DNA of 53,216 nucleotides, taken from positions 1-53,216 of the forward strand of contig JBGAOA010000026.1 of assembly GCA_044222065.1 (NCBI GenBank). Direction: 5' to 3'. Below are positions 28,631 to 37,157 of this stretch, one piece after another; within the stretch, counting starts at the first letter, position 1, and each line of letters opens with the position of its first letter. A program made the translations under genes and the position numbers. The notes below the pieces were generated by a model. It did not search any database. It worked only from the letters and a program-made list of their open reading frames with translations, and was not told the DNA's origin. The DNA is from Candidatus Eiseniibacteriota bacterium. Its GTDB lineage: Bacteria > Eisenbacteria > RBG-16-71-46.

Positions 28631-29871
28631 ATGTCGTGGTTCGCTTCCTGCCGGCGGCCGGGAACGGCCGCCGCGCGCGCGCTCGCGCTGCTCGGGCCGG
28701 GAACCGCACTCGCCGCGGGTGAGCAGTGCGGTGACGGTTTCCCGCGCATCGGCTACCTCGGCGTGAGCCTGGGCGAGTGCAACTGCACCTATTCGTTCGA
28801 TTCGAACTCGGGGCGTGTCTCGTGGCGCTTCCGCGAGGAGCGCATCGAGGGCGTGCGCGACGACGGCCCGGCCGCAAACAAGCTCAAGCCCGGCGACGTC
28901 ATCGAGGCGATCGACGGCGTGCTCATCACCACGGCCGAGGGCGGCCGGCGGTTCGCCGCGCTCGAGCCCGGCCGCGCCGTGTCGCTCAAGGTGCGCCGCG
29001 AGGGCGCGGGCGTCCATCGTCATCGCGCCGGGGAGCACGTGCATGAGCGAGGTGTTCGGCGACCTCTCGATGCTCGTCGCGCCGCGGGGCACTGCGCATC
29101 GACGCGCACCTCACGCCGGCGCCCGAGGCGCCGGCCGCGCCGCCCGCGGCCGCGGTCCCGCCGACTCCGGCCGCGCCGCGCACGCCGCGGCCGCGGTTCC
29201 CCGACGTCCTCGCGCCGCCGGCGCCCGGCGCCGAGCGCTCGAATCGCGGCTGGATCGGCATCGGCCTCGACTTCCAGCGCTGCGACGACGCGAGCGACGA
29301 CGGCACGTGGTGCTTCGGCACGCTGCCGCAGGTCTCGTTCGTCGAACCGCAGAGCCCCGCGGATCGCGCGGGCCTCGAGCGCGGCGACGTCCTCACCCAC
29401 ATCGACGGCGTGGCGCTCAACTCGCCGGACGGCGGCCGGCGCTTCACGCGCATCGCCCCGCAGCAGACGGTCCGCTTCACGCTGCGGCGCGGCAACGTCT
29501 CGAAGCAGATCGCCGTGACGCCCGCCGCGCGCACGACGCTGCGCGCGGTCGAGCTGCGTCCGCTGCTCGACAAGGTGCGGGAGCTGCGGCAGAACCGCAG
29601 CGAACTCGGCGAACAGCTCGCGGATCTCGAGGCGCGCCTCGTCAAGTTGTCCGTGACGCCGCGGGCTCCGCTGCCCGACCAGGACAAGCGGCTCCGGTAC
29701 GCGGGCTCCGTCGGCGGCTCGGACGTCGAGGTGCGCGGCCTCGGCAACGTGGTCGTGGACGACAGCGGCGACGAGATCGTGATCGTGACGCCCGACGCCA
29801 CGATCCGCGTGAAGCCGGGCGCGAAAGCGACGCGCACCGAGCGCACGCGACGCGCGGGAGAACGCCGCTAG
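28631..29871 (+). CDS. Exported dual-PDZ-domain protein, interrupted by two frameshifts (~29005 and ~29085)
   Basis: GGAGG RBS; PDZ1 GYLGVS...GPAANKLKPGDVIEAIDG in one frame, linker SIVIAPGSTCMSEVFGDL in a second, Pro-rich linker and PDZ2 GWIGIG...SPADRAGLERGDVLTHIDG plus coiled coil in a third. Confidence 0.7.
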
Positions 29872-29960
29872 ACGGCGGCGACGGCTTCGCCCCTCGAGGC
29901 GGCGCCACGACACGGCTTCGCACGATCGCCGGCAGGCGGTCGCGCGGGGCCGTCGGCGCT

Positions 29961-30818
29961 TCAGGCCGGCAGCTCCTGCTGGCGCAGCAGCTCCTGCATG
30001 AGCTTTGCGCTGCGCGCGGCCTGACCGGCGTGGCAATTGTTGAAGAACAGGTAGGTGCGCCGCGCTCGCGCGGCGAGGTCGGCGATCTTGCCCACCCATT
30101 CGCGCAGTTCGGTCTCGGAGTACTCCCAGTCGTAGCGGTCGGAGGAGCCCGCGCTGCGGCCGCCCGAGGGCGCGACGACCGGCGCTCCGGGCGATGCGCC
30201 GCGCTCGCCGCGGCCCCACCAGTTCGCGGCGTTGCGCCCGTGGAAGCGGACGTACGCGTCGCGTGAGGTGAGCGGCGCGACCGGCGGCATGAGCTTCGGC
30301 AGCCGCGGCTCGTCCACGGCGCAGTAGCCAACGTCGAGCGCGGCGAGCCACGGCTCGAGGTCGGGCGTGACCCACGAGGCGTGTCGGAACTCGGCGAACA
30401 GCGGCTCCTCGGGGAACGCGCGGCGCAGCGACTCGAGGTGGCGGCGGTTCGCGTCGGAGCGCTGGAAGCCCCACGGGAACTGCGCGAGCAGTCCGTCGTA
30501 CTTCCCGGCGCTCTTCAGGGGTTCGAGCACGGCGAGGAAGTCGCGCACGACGTCGGCCGCGAGCGAGCCCTCGTGCGTCAGCACCTGGTTGAGCTTCACG
30601 ACGAAGCGGAACCCCGGTGGCGTCTTCGCCTCCATCTGGGCGAGCACGCGCGGGTGCGGGATGCGGTAGTAGGTCGAGTTCACTTCGACGACCGGGAAGT
30701 GGCGGGCGTAGTGGCCGAGGAAATCGCCCGAGCGCGTGCCCGGCGGATAGAACGGTCCGACCCAGTCGGGGAACGAGTAGCCCGACGTGCCGATCAGGAT
30801 GCGTGAGGCTTCGACCAT
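29961..30818 (-). CDS. DUF72 (YecE-like) protein
   Basis: IGTSGYSFPDWVGPFYP, VEVNSTYY, LAQFP, AEFRHASW, YVRFHGRN, YLFFNN. Confidence 0.92.
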   Translation of the reverse strand: MVEASRILIGTSGYSFPDWVGPFYPPGTRSGDFLGHYARHFPVVEVNSTYYRIPHPRVLAQMEAKTPPGFRFVVKLNQVLTHEGSLAADVVRDFLAVLEPLKSAGKYDGLLAQFPWGFQRSDANRRHLESLRRAFPEEPLFAEFRHASWVTPDLEPWLAALDVGYCAVDEPRLPKLMPPVAPLTSRDAYVRFHGRNAANWWGRGERGASPGAPVVAPSGGRSAGSSDRYDWEYSETELREWVGKIADLAARARRTYLFFNNCHAGQAARSAKLMQELLRQQELPA

Positions 30819-30822
30819 GGCG

Positions 30823-32040
30823 TCAGCGCTTCGAGCGCACGTGCGCCGAGATCGCTCCGAACGGCACGTGACCGAGGTCGCGGCGGTGCCGGAGCGCGCC
30901 CGCCGGCACGACGCTCGCCTCGCCGAGCTTGTCGCGCACGCGGTCCACGGCTTCGAGCAGACGGCGCGCGCGATCGTCGGCTTCGAAGAGCCGCGTCTGC
31001 TCGACGCCGGGATGGCGCGCGAGCGCGGCGGCGCTCACCCCCACGAGCCGCACCGAGCCGCCCTTCCAGTTCGCGAAGAACAGCCGGCGTGCCACGTCGA
31101 AGAGGTGCTGCGGTTCGTCCGTGGGCTCGGCGAGCGCGCGCTGCCGCGTGATCGTCCGGAACGCGTGATCGCGGATCTTCACGACCACGGTCCCCGCGAC
31201 GAAGCCCTCGCCGCGAAGGCGGCGCGCGACCTGATCGGCGAGCCGCAGCAGCGTGCCCTCGAGGAACGCGGCGTCGGCCGAATCCTCGGTGAGCGTGACC
31301 TCGTGCCCCATGGACTTCGAGTCCACGCCGTGGTGGTACGGCACGAGCGGCGTGTCGTCGTGCCCGTGCGACGCCTCGCGCAGCTGCTCGCCGACGACGC
31401 CGAACGCCGCCTTCAGCGTACGAACCGGGGCGCGGGCGAGATCGCCCACGGTCTCTATCCCGAGCGACCGCATGCGAGCGGCGATCTTCGGCCCCACGCC
31501 CCACAACGATTCCACGTCCTTCGGCCAGAACACGCGCTGGAACCCGGCTTCGTCGAGCGCGGTGAGGCCGCGCGGCTTCTCGAGGCCGGCCGCCATCTTC
31601 GCCACGAGCTTGTTGGGACCGACGCCGATCGAGGCGCCGAGGGCGAAGCGCTCGGCGATGCGGGCCTGCAGGCCGCGCGCGACCTCGAGCGCCGCGGCGA
31701 GCGATTCGACCTTCGGACCGAGGCCGACGAACGCCTCGTCCACGCTGAACGGCTCCACATCGGGCGTGACCGTGAGGTACAGCTCGAGCAGCTGGAGCGA
31801 GATCCCGACGTACTTCTGGGGGTCGCCCTCGACGAACTCGGCGTGCGGACAGAGCCGCCGCGCTTCCTGGAGCGGCATGCCCGCGCGCACGCCGAAGGGC
31901 CGCGCCTCGTACGACGCCGCGGTCACGACACCGCGTCGCGACGGATCGCCGCACACGATCACCGGGCGACCTCGCAGGTGCGCGTGGTGCGACTGCTCGA
32001 CGGACGCGAAGAACGCGTCCATGTCCACGAGCAGGATCAC
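30823..32040 (-). CDS. dinB: DNA polymerase IV (Y family)
   Basis: VDMDAFFASVEQ, ASYEARPFGVRAGMP, SVDEAF, NKLVAKMA, KPRG, LWGVG, little-finger domain, Q-T-R-LF clamp-binding-like motif. Confidence 0.95.
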   Translation of the reverse strand: MILLVDMDAFFASVEQSHHAHLRGRPVIVCGDPSRRGVVTAASYEARPFGVRAGMPLQEARRLCPHAEFVEGDPQKYVGISLQLLELYLTVTPDVEPFSVDEAFVGLGPKVESLAAALEVARGLQARIAERFALGASIGVGPNKLVAKMAAGLEKPRGLTALDEAGFQRVFWPKDVESLWGVGPKIAARMRSLGIETVGDLARAPVRTLKAAFGVVGEQLREASHGHDDTPLVPYHHGVDSKSMGHEVTLTEDSADAAFLEGTLLRLADQVARRLRGEGFVAGTVVVKIRDHAFRTITRQRALAEPTDEPQHLFDVARRLFFANWKGGSVRLVGVSAAALARHPGVEQTRLFEADDRARRLLEAVDRVRDKLGEASVVPAGALRHRRDLGHVPFGAISAHVRSKR

Positions 32041-32068
32041 GGCGAGTCCGCTCCCGAGCGCGCGCGGC

Positions 32069-32323
32069 TCATCGCGGGGAACTCCAGGCGCGGCTCAGGT
32101 TCCACTTCGGACCGCGCGGGTCGTAGCACAGCTCGTAGGACTCGTTCGCATCCGACTCGACGGCGTAGTAGCGGAGCAGCGACTGTCCCTCGCGCCGGCT
32201 CCACTCGCCGGTCACCGACCGCACGCGAATGACGCGGCCCTGCCAGCGGAACCGCAGCGGTCGGAGCTTTCCTTCGGTGTAAGCGGTCAAGACGTCCACC
32301 GGATCGTTCAAGGACTCGAACAT
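32069..32323 (-). CDS. Small DUF6504-like protein
   Basis: ATG 32323; PLRFRWQGRVIRVRSVTGEW...YYAV...YELCYD...WNL pattern of DUF6504-type proteins; first gene of the dinB operon. Confidence 0.72.
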   Translation of the reverse strand: MFESLNDPVDVLTAYTEGKLRPLRFRWQGRVIRVRSVTGEWSRREGQSLLRYYAVESDANESYELCYDPRGPKWNLSRAWSSPR

Positions 32324-32352
32324 GGGTCGGGGTTGGAAACGGCACCGGCGGC

Positions 32353-32381
32353 ACCTTACTGCACATACGTGCAGCCGTCCA
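32353..32381 (-). promoter_or_regulatory. Promoter with putative LexA (SOS) operator in its spacer
   Basis: Minus strand TGGACG-N17-TAAGGT; the spacer holds the palindrome CTGCAC-ATAC-GTGCAG (32359..32374), which matches TGCNC-N4-GTGCA and CTG-N10-CAG. Confidence 0.65.
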
Positions 32382-32409
32382 GCGGAACCTGCGGAGCGGC
32401 CCCGCGGGC

Positions 32410-33309
32410 TCAGCCGAACAGTTCGGCGCGTGCGTTCGCGTGGATCGCGAGCACCGCGGGGTGCGTCAGCCGGCGCTGCACCGTGAGCGCGTAGAAGCGC
32501 TCGCGCAGGTCGGCCGCGCGCCCGATCACCCGCGCGCCGTACTCGCGCCGCACCTCGGCCTCGATGACGTCGGGCACCGCGAACACGCCGGCGCCCCGGG
32601 CTCCGAACGCCTTGAGCAGCGCGCTGTCGTCGAACTCGCCGACGATCCGCGGGCTCAGGCGGCGCGTTTCGAACCACTGGTCGAGCGAGCGCCGCAGCGT
32701 CGTCGCCTCCCCGGGCAGCAACACGGGGGCGCCGTCCAGGCTCTTCGGGAATCCCCGCCGGAGCCGGGCGGCGAGCGACGGCGCCGCGCAGAACACGATC
32801 CCGCACTCGCCGAGCAGGTGCTGGAACGCCTTCACGCGCGAGCCCGCGCCGGGCGGAGCGTCGCACAGCACGAGGTCGAGCGCGTGCGAGGCGAGATCGC
32901 CGAGCAGCCGATCCACGCGGCCCTCGCGGCAGACCACGTGCACGGGCTCGGGCAGCGCGAGCGCGGGCTCGAGCAGCCGGATCGCGACGCGCTTCGGCAC
33001 GACGTCGGCGATGCCGACGACGAGCCGCAGCGGACGACCGGTCGGCCGCCCCCGCACCGACTCCTCGAGCTCGCGGCCGAGCGTGAAGATCTCCTCGGCG
33101 TAGCGCTGCACGAGCCGGCCGACGTCCGTGAGCTGGAGGCCGCGGCCCTCGCGCACGAACAGCGGTTCGCCGAGCTCGCCCTCGAGCGCGCGGATCTGCC
33201 CGCTCAGGGTCGGCGCCGACAGGTGGAGCGCGCGGCTCGCGCGCGAGATCGAGCCCTCGCGCGCGACGGTCCAGAAGTAGAAAAGGTGATGGAAGTTGAG
33301 CCGGCGCAC
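32410..33309 (-). CDS. nhaR: LysR-family transcriptional regulator NhaR-like
   Basis: LNFHHLFYFWTVAREGSI, VGIADVVPK, GEFDDSALLKAFG, ERFYALT.QRRLTHPAV. Confidence 0.9.
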   Translation of the reverse strand: MRRLNFHHLFYFWTVAREGSISRASRALHLSAPTLSGQIRALEGELGEPLFVREGRGLQLTDVGRLVQRYAEEIFTLGRELEESVRGRPTGRPLRLVVGIADVVPKRVAIRLLEPALALPEPVHVVCREGRVDRLLGDLASHALDLVLCDAPPGAGSRVKAFQHLLGECGIVFCAAPSLAARLRRGFPKSLDGAPVLLPGEATTLRRSLDQWFETRRLSPRIVGEFDDSALLKAFGARGAGVFAVPDVIEAEVRREYGARVIGRAADLRERFYALTVQRRLTHPAVLAIHANARAELFG

Positions 33310-33315
33310 GCGCGC

Positions 33316-33338
33316 ATCATAGTTCGAATTATTCGAAC
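33316..33338. promoter_or_regulatory. LysR (NhaR) binding palindrome next to the nhaR -10 element
   Basis: GTTCGAA-TTA-TTCGAAC (33322..33338, contains T-N11-A) abuts minus-strand TATGAT (33321..33316), 6 nt before the nhaR GTG. Confidence 0.65.
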
Positions 33339-33426
33339 GATCACGCAGAAACTTCCTTCTTTTCTAATTTGCCTCCGTCGCATCCAATGCGGGCGACGCC
33401 ACTCGACCTCCACCCGGGAGCCGACC

Positions 33427-34395
33427 ATCGAATCCGCCGCCTCGCCCCTGCTCTGGACCGCGTTCCTCGTCCTCGTCACCGTACTGCTCGCGCTCGACCT
33501 CGGGGTGTTCCACCGCAAGGCGCACGTCGTGCGGCCCCGCGAGGCGCTCGTCTGGAGCGTCGTGTGGGTCGTCGTCGCCCTGCTCTTCAACGCGTTCGTC
33601 GCGCGGCAGCTCGGCGCGGAACGCGGCCTCGAGTTCCTGACGGGGTACCTGATCGAGAAGGCGCTGTCGGTGGACAACCTGTTCGTCTTCCTCGTGCTGT
33701 TCTCGACCTTTCGCGTGCCCGCCGAACTCCAGCACAAGGTGCTGTTCTGGGGCATCGTCGGCGCGCTCCTGATGCGCGGCGCGTTCGTGGCGGCCGGGGC
33801 CGCGGCGCTCGAGGCGTTCCACTCGCTGATCTACGTGTTCGGCGGGCTGCTCGTGCTGACCGGGATCAAGCTGCTGCGCCAGAAGGACCACGGCGTCGAG
33901 CCGGCGCGCAATCCCGTGTACCGGCTGTTCCAGCGCGTCGTGCCGGCGGTCGCGGACTACCGCGGCGCGAGCTTCTTCGTGCGCGAGGGCGGACGGCGGC
34001 TCGCGACGCCGCTGTTCTTCGTGCTCGTCGCGGTCGAGGCGACGGATCTCGTGTTCGCGGTGGACTCGATCCCGGCGATCTTCGCCGTCACGCGCGACCC
34101 GTTCATCGTGTTCACGTCGAACATCTTCGCGCTGCTCGGGCTGCGGGCGCTGTACTTCCTGCTCGCCGACGGGCTCGCGCGGCTGCGCTACCTGAAGGTG
34201 GGGCTCGCGCTCGTGCTCGTGTTCGTCGGGCTCAAGATGTCCGTGTCGGAGTTCGTGAAGGTGCCGATCCCGCTGTCGCTCGGGGTCGTCACGGCGCTGC
34301 TCGCGGGCGCCGTCGCCGCCTCGTGGTGGGCGACGCGACGCGAGGCGGCGCAGCGCGCAGCGGGCGCCGGCGAGGCGACGCGCGAATCGGCGTGA
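33427..34395 (+). CDS. TerC/Alx-family membrane protein
   Basis: LALDLGVFHRKAHVV, GYLIEKALSVDNLFVF, QHKVLFWG, TDLVFAVDSIPA, TSNIFALLGLRALYF. Apparent start is ATC 33427 after GGGAG. Confidence 0.9.
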   Translation: MESAASPLLWTAFLVLVTVLLALDLGVFHRKAHVVRPREALVWSVVWVVVALLFNAFVARQLGAERGLEFLTGYLIEKALSVDNLFVFLVLFSTFRVPAELQHKVLFWGIVGALLMRGAFVAAGAAALEAFHSLIYVFGGLLVLTGIKLLRQKDHGVEPARNPVYRLFQRVVPAVADYRGASFFVREGGRRLATPLFFVLVAVEATDLVFAVDSIPAIFAVTRDPFIVFTSNIFALLGLRALYFLLADGLARLRYLKVGLALVLVFVGLKMSVSEFVKVPIPLSLGVVTALLAGAVAASWWATRREAAQRAAGAGEATRESA

Positions 34396-34419
34396 GCGCT
34401 CCGAGAGCGCTCGCGGGCC

Positions 34420-36609
34420 CTAGGCGCCCGCCTCCGCCTTGCGCTGATCGAGCGCACGCCGCCACATGGCGAGGAACGTCGACCCGAGCATCACGATCGA
34501 ACCGAGCCACACGAGGTTGATGAGCGGCTTCGTGCTGACCTCGACGGCGAGCACGTCGCCCGTCCGGCCCGGCTGCTGGAGCCCGGGCACTTCGAGCGCG
34601 ACGCGGCCCGTCGTCGGGTCCACGTTCGCGATCGAGATCGAGCCGCCGCCCGGCAGGTAGTCCGGAACTCGGTTCATCGTGCCCGCGGCCATGTTCATTT
34701 CGAGCACGGGGCGCGCCGGCACCGTGCGCCCGCCGATCTCGACCCGCAGCTTCGCGGCAACGCGCACGACGTCACCCATCTGCCGGTCGAAGTCGACGAA
34801 CGTGTACTTCACCTCGCCGACCTGCTTCGTCTCGCCCTTCGCGAGCCACAGCGCGTTGTCCTGCGGGTTCTCGCCCACGAGGTCGAGCGGCGAGATGTAC
34901 ACGTCGTGCGTCAGGAAGCGCTCGATGTGGGGCTTCTTCATGTAGCCCTGGTTGAACTCGCTCCAGTAGAGCGACGGGAGCGCGGCGAAGCGGCGCTCGT
35001 TCGAGGCGACCTCGATCATGACCCGGTCCTTCCCCTTCGGGTCGTGGTGCACGCCCTCGAACTTCATGCGGAAGCCGAGCGCATCGCGCTCCTGGCCCTG
35101 CGGCAGCTGCACCTGGACCGCGCGCCCGTAGCCCGAGGACGCGATGACGCCGATCAGGAGGATCGCGACGCCCGTGTGCGCGAGAAACCCGATGCCGTGC
35201 TTCCAGCTCGCGCGGAAGCCGCGGATCGTCACGATGACGTTCGCGCCGAGCGCCCACAGCGAGGCGAAGATGATGCCGACGGCGCGCACGTCGCGCACGC
35301 CCCACAGCACGGCGGCGACCGCGCCGATCGCGGCGACGAGCAGCGAGGGCCAGGCGGCCTTGAGGAGCGCGTCCGGCTCCTGCTGGCGCCAGCGCATGAG
35401 CGGCGCGAGCCCGATCAGCAAGCCGAGCGCCACGGCGAGCGGCGCGTTCACGAGGTTGTAGTACGAGGTCTGCACGTTCGACGGCGGGCCGAACAGCTTC
35501 GTGATCAGCGGCGCGCTCATCCCGATCGCGATGAGCGCCGCCATGAGCATGAGCACGATCTGCCCGAGCCACATCATGGAGTCGCGCGAGAACGCGCCGA
35601 CCGGCCAGCGCGGGCCCGGCATGTCGCGCAGGCGCCAGAGCCACGTGCCGTAGCCGACGCCCATCACGACGAACAGGAACGACAGCAGGAAGCCGTTGAG
35701 CCCGAGGTTCACGAACGAGTGCACCGAGAAGTCGGCGAGGACGCCGCTGCGCGTCAGGAACGACGCGTAGAGCACGAGCACGTAAGACGTGACGGCGAGG
35801 AAGAAGTTCGTCTTCCGCAGGCTGCCGCTCGCGCGCTGTACGAGCAGCCCGTGGAGCAGCGCGACGTTCGAGAGCCAGGGAATGAACGAGCCGTTCTCGA
35901 CCGGGTCCCAGCCCCAGTAACCGCCCCAGCCGAGCACCTTGTAGGCCCACACGCCGCCCATGATGAACCCGGTCGCGAGGATGCCGGTCGAGAACGCGAC
36001 CCACGGCAGAGCGACCTTGAGCCAGCCGTCCCAGTCCTTGCGCACGAGCCCGGCCATCGCCCACGCGAACGGCACGACGAGCGACGAGAAGCCCGTGAAC
36101 AGCACGGGCGGGTGGATCGTCATCCACGGGTCCTGAAGCAGCGGATTGAGGCCCTGTCCGTCCACGGGCACGCGCCCGCCCGGGAACAGCAGGAAGGGCC
36201 CGCGCATCACGGTCACGAGGCCGAGCATCACGAGCGCGAGGTTCAGGAAGAACATCGCGGCGCTCGTCAGTTCGCTGCGCTGGCGCATCACGACGAGGCC
36301 GAGCGAGGCCGTGATCATCGCCCACAGCATGAACGTGCCTTCCTGCCCGCCCCAGAACGCCGCGAAGATGTAGTACCACTCCATCGTCCGCGACGAGTAC
36401 TGCGCGACGTACTGGTACTGGAACTGGTGCTGGAACAGGAGGCCGAACAGCACGACGGTGGCGGCGACGTAGCCCGCCCACTGAACGAAGAACGCGACCC
36501 GCGCGCCCTTCACGGCGCTCTCGCGGCCGCCCATCGCCGCGAGCCACGCGAGGCCCGAGACGAGCGCCGCGAGGAACGAAACCCAGTTGAGGATCTGTCC
36601 GAGGTTCAA
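34420..36609 (-). CDS. ccmF: Cytochrome c maturation heme lyase CcmF
   Basis: FWGGQEG, GLNPLLQDPWMTIHPP, WAYKVLGWGGYWGWDPVEN (WWD), FLTRSG..SVHSF, KPLINLVW; TTG start overlaps the ccmE stop. Confidence 0.93.
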   Translation of the reverse strand: MNLGQILNWVSFLAALVSGLAWLAAMGGRESAVKGARVAFFVQWAGYVAATVVLFGLLFQHQFQYQYVAQYSSRTMEWYYIFAAFWGGQEGTFMLWAMITASLGLVVMRQRSELTSAAMFFLNLALVMLGLVTVMRGPFLLFPGGRVPVDGQGLNPLLQDPWMTIHPPVLFTGFSSLVVPFAWAMAGLVRKDWDGWLKVALPWVAFSTGILATGFIMGGVWAYKVLGWGGYWGWDPVENGSFIPWLSNVALLHGLLVQRASGSLRKTNFFLAVTSYVLVLYASFLTRSGVLADFSVHSFVNLGLNGFLLSFLFVVMGVGYGTWLWRLRDMPGPRWPVGAFSRDSMMWLGQIVLMLMAALIAIGMSAPLITKLFGPPSNVQTSYYNLVNAPLAVALGLLIGLAPLMRWRQQEPDALLKAAWPSLLVAAIGAVAAVLWGVRDVRAVGIIFASLWALGANVIVTIRGFRASWKHGIGFLAHTGVAILLIGVIASSGYGRAVQVQLPQGQERDALGFRMKFEGVHHDPKGKDRVMIEVASNERRFAALPSLYWSEFNQGYMKKPHIERFLTHDVYISPLDLVGENPQDNALWLAKGETKQVGEVKYTFVDFDRQMGDVVRVAAKLRVEIGGRTVPARPVLEMNMAAGTMNRVPDYLPGGGSISIANVDPTTGRVALEVPGLQQPGRTGDVLAVEVSTKPLINLVWLGSIVMLGSTFLAMWRRALDQRKAEAGA

Positions 36610-37031
36610 GGCGTCTGGCCCTGCGCGGCCTGGTTGCCGGGATGATTCGCCGGATCCACGCCTTGCTCGGCCATCGTCTGGTACTTCGACGGGCACTTGA
36701 CCAGCAGCTGCTCGGCGGCGAAGTGATCGCCCTTGTAGCGGCCGATCGCGACGATGTTCGTCGCCTGATCGAAGTTGCCCGGAATGACGCCCTTGTAGGT
36801 GACTCGCAGCACCTCGCCCTTCTCGTCCTTCAAGTTGAATTCGAGGTACTGCTCGTCCTGCTTCGCGACGTAGTTCTTGTCCGCGAGCACGCCGTTGACC
36901 TGCACCATCCCCTGCGAGGTTCGCGCCTCGGCAAACGAGATGTAGGGCGTGACGGACTTCTTGAAGCTCGTGACCCCGACGGCGGCGCCGATGACGAGCA
37001 GCAGGAGGGCCAGGCCGACTTTGAGGTTCAT
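36606..37031 (-). CDS. ccmE: Heme chaperone CcmE, CxxxY variant
   Basis: N-terminal TM, OB-fold strands, LLVKCPSKY in place of HxxxY; ATG 37031. Confidence 0.9.
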   Translation of the reverse strand: MNLKVGLALLLLVIGAAVGVTSFKKSVTPYISFAEARTSQGMVQVNGVLADKNYVAKQDEQYLEFNLKDEKGEVLRVTYKGVIPGNFDQATNIVAIGRYKGDHFAAEQLLVKCPSKYQTMAEQGVDPANHPGNQAAQGQTP

Positions 37032-37135
37032 CGCTTCTCCAGATCCTTGATGCGGCGCTCGACGCGCAGAATGTAGAGGAAAACGAGCACCCAAACCAGG
37101 AGTGCGACGCCGCCGACGACGACGTTGCCGTTCAT
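37028..37135 (-). CDS. ccmD: CcmD-like small membrane protein (35 aa; absent from ORF track)
   Basis: MNGNVVVGGVALLVWVLVFLYILRVERRIKDLEKR: one TM plus charged tail, AAGGGG RBS, ATGA overlap with ccmE, located between ccmC and ccmE. Confidence 0.8.
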   Translation of the reverse strand: MNGNVVVGGVALLVWVLVFLYILRVERRIKDLEKR

Positions 37136-37157
37136 ATCGACCCCTTTCGGTCGCGAC

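Noticed and set aside
33310..33426. yybP-ykoY riboswitch upstream of terC
   Set aside because: The 117-bp spacer is largely taken up by the operator and promoter elements, and I recognise no aptamer consensus.
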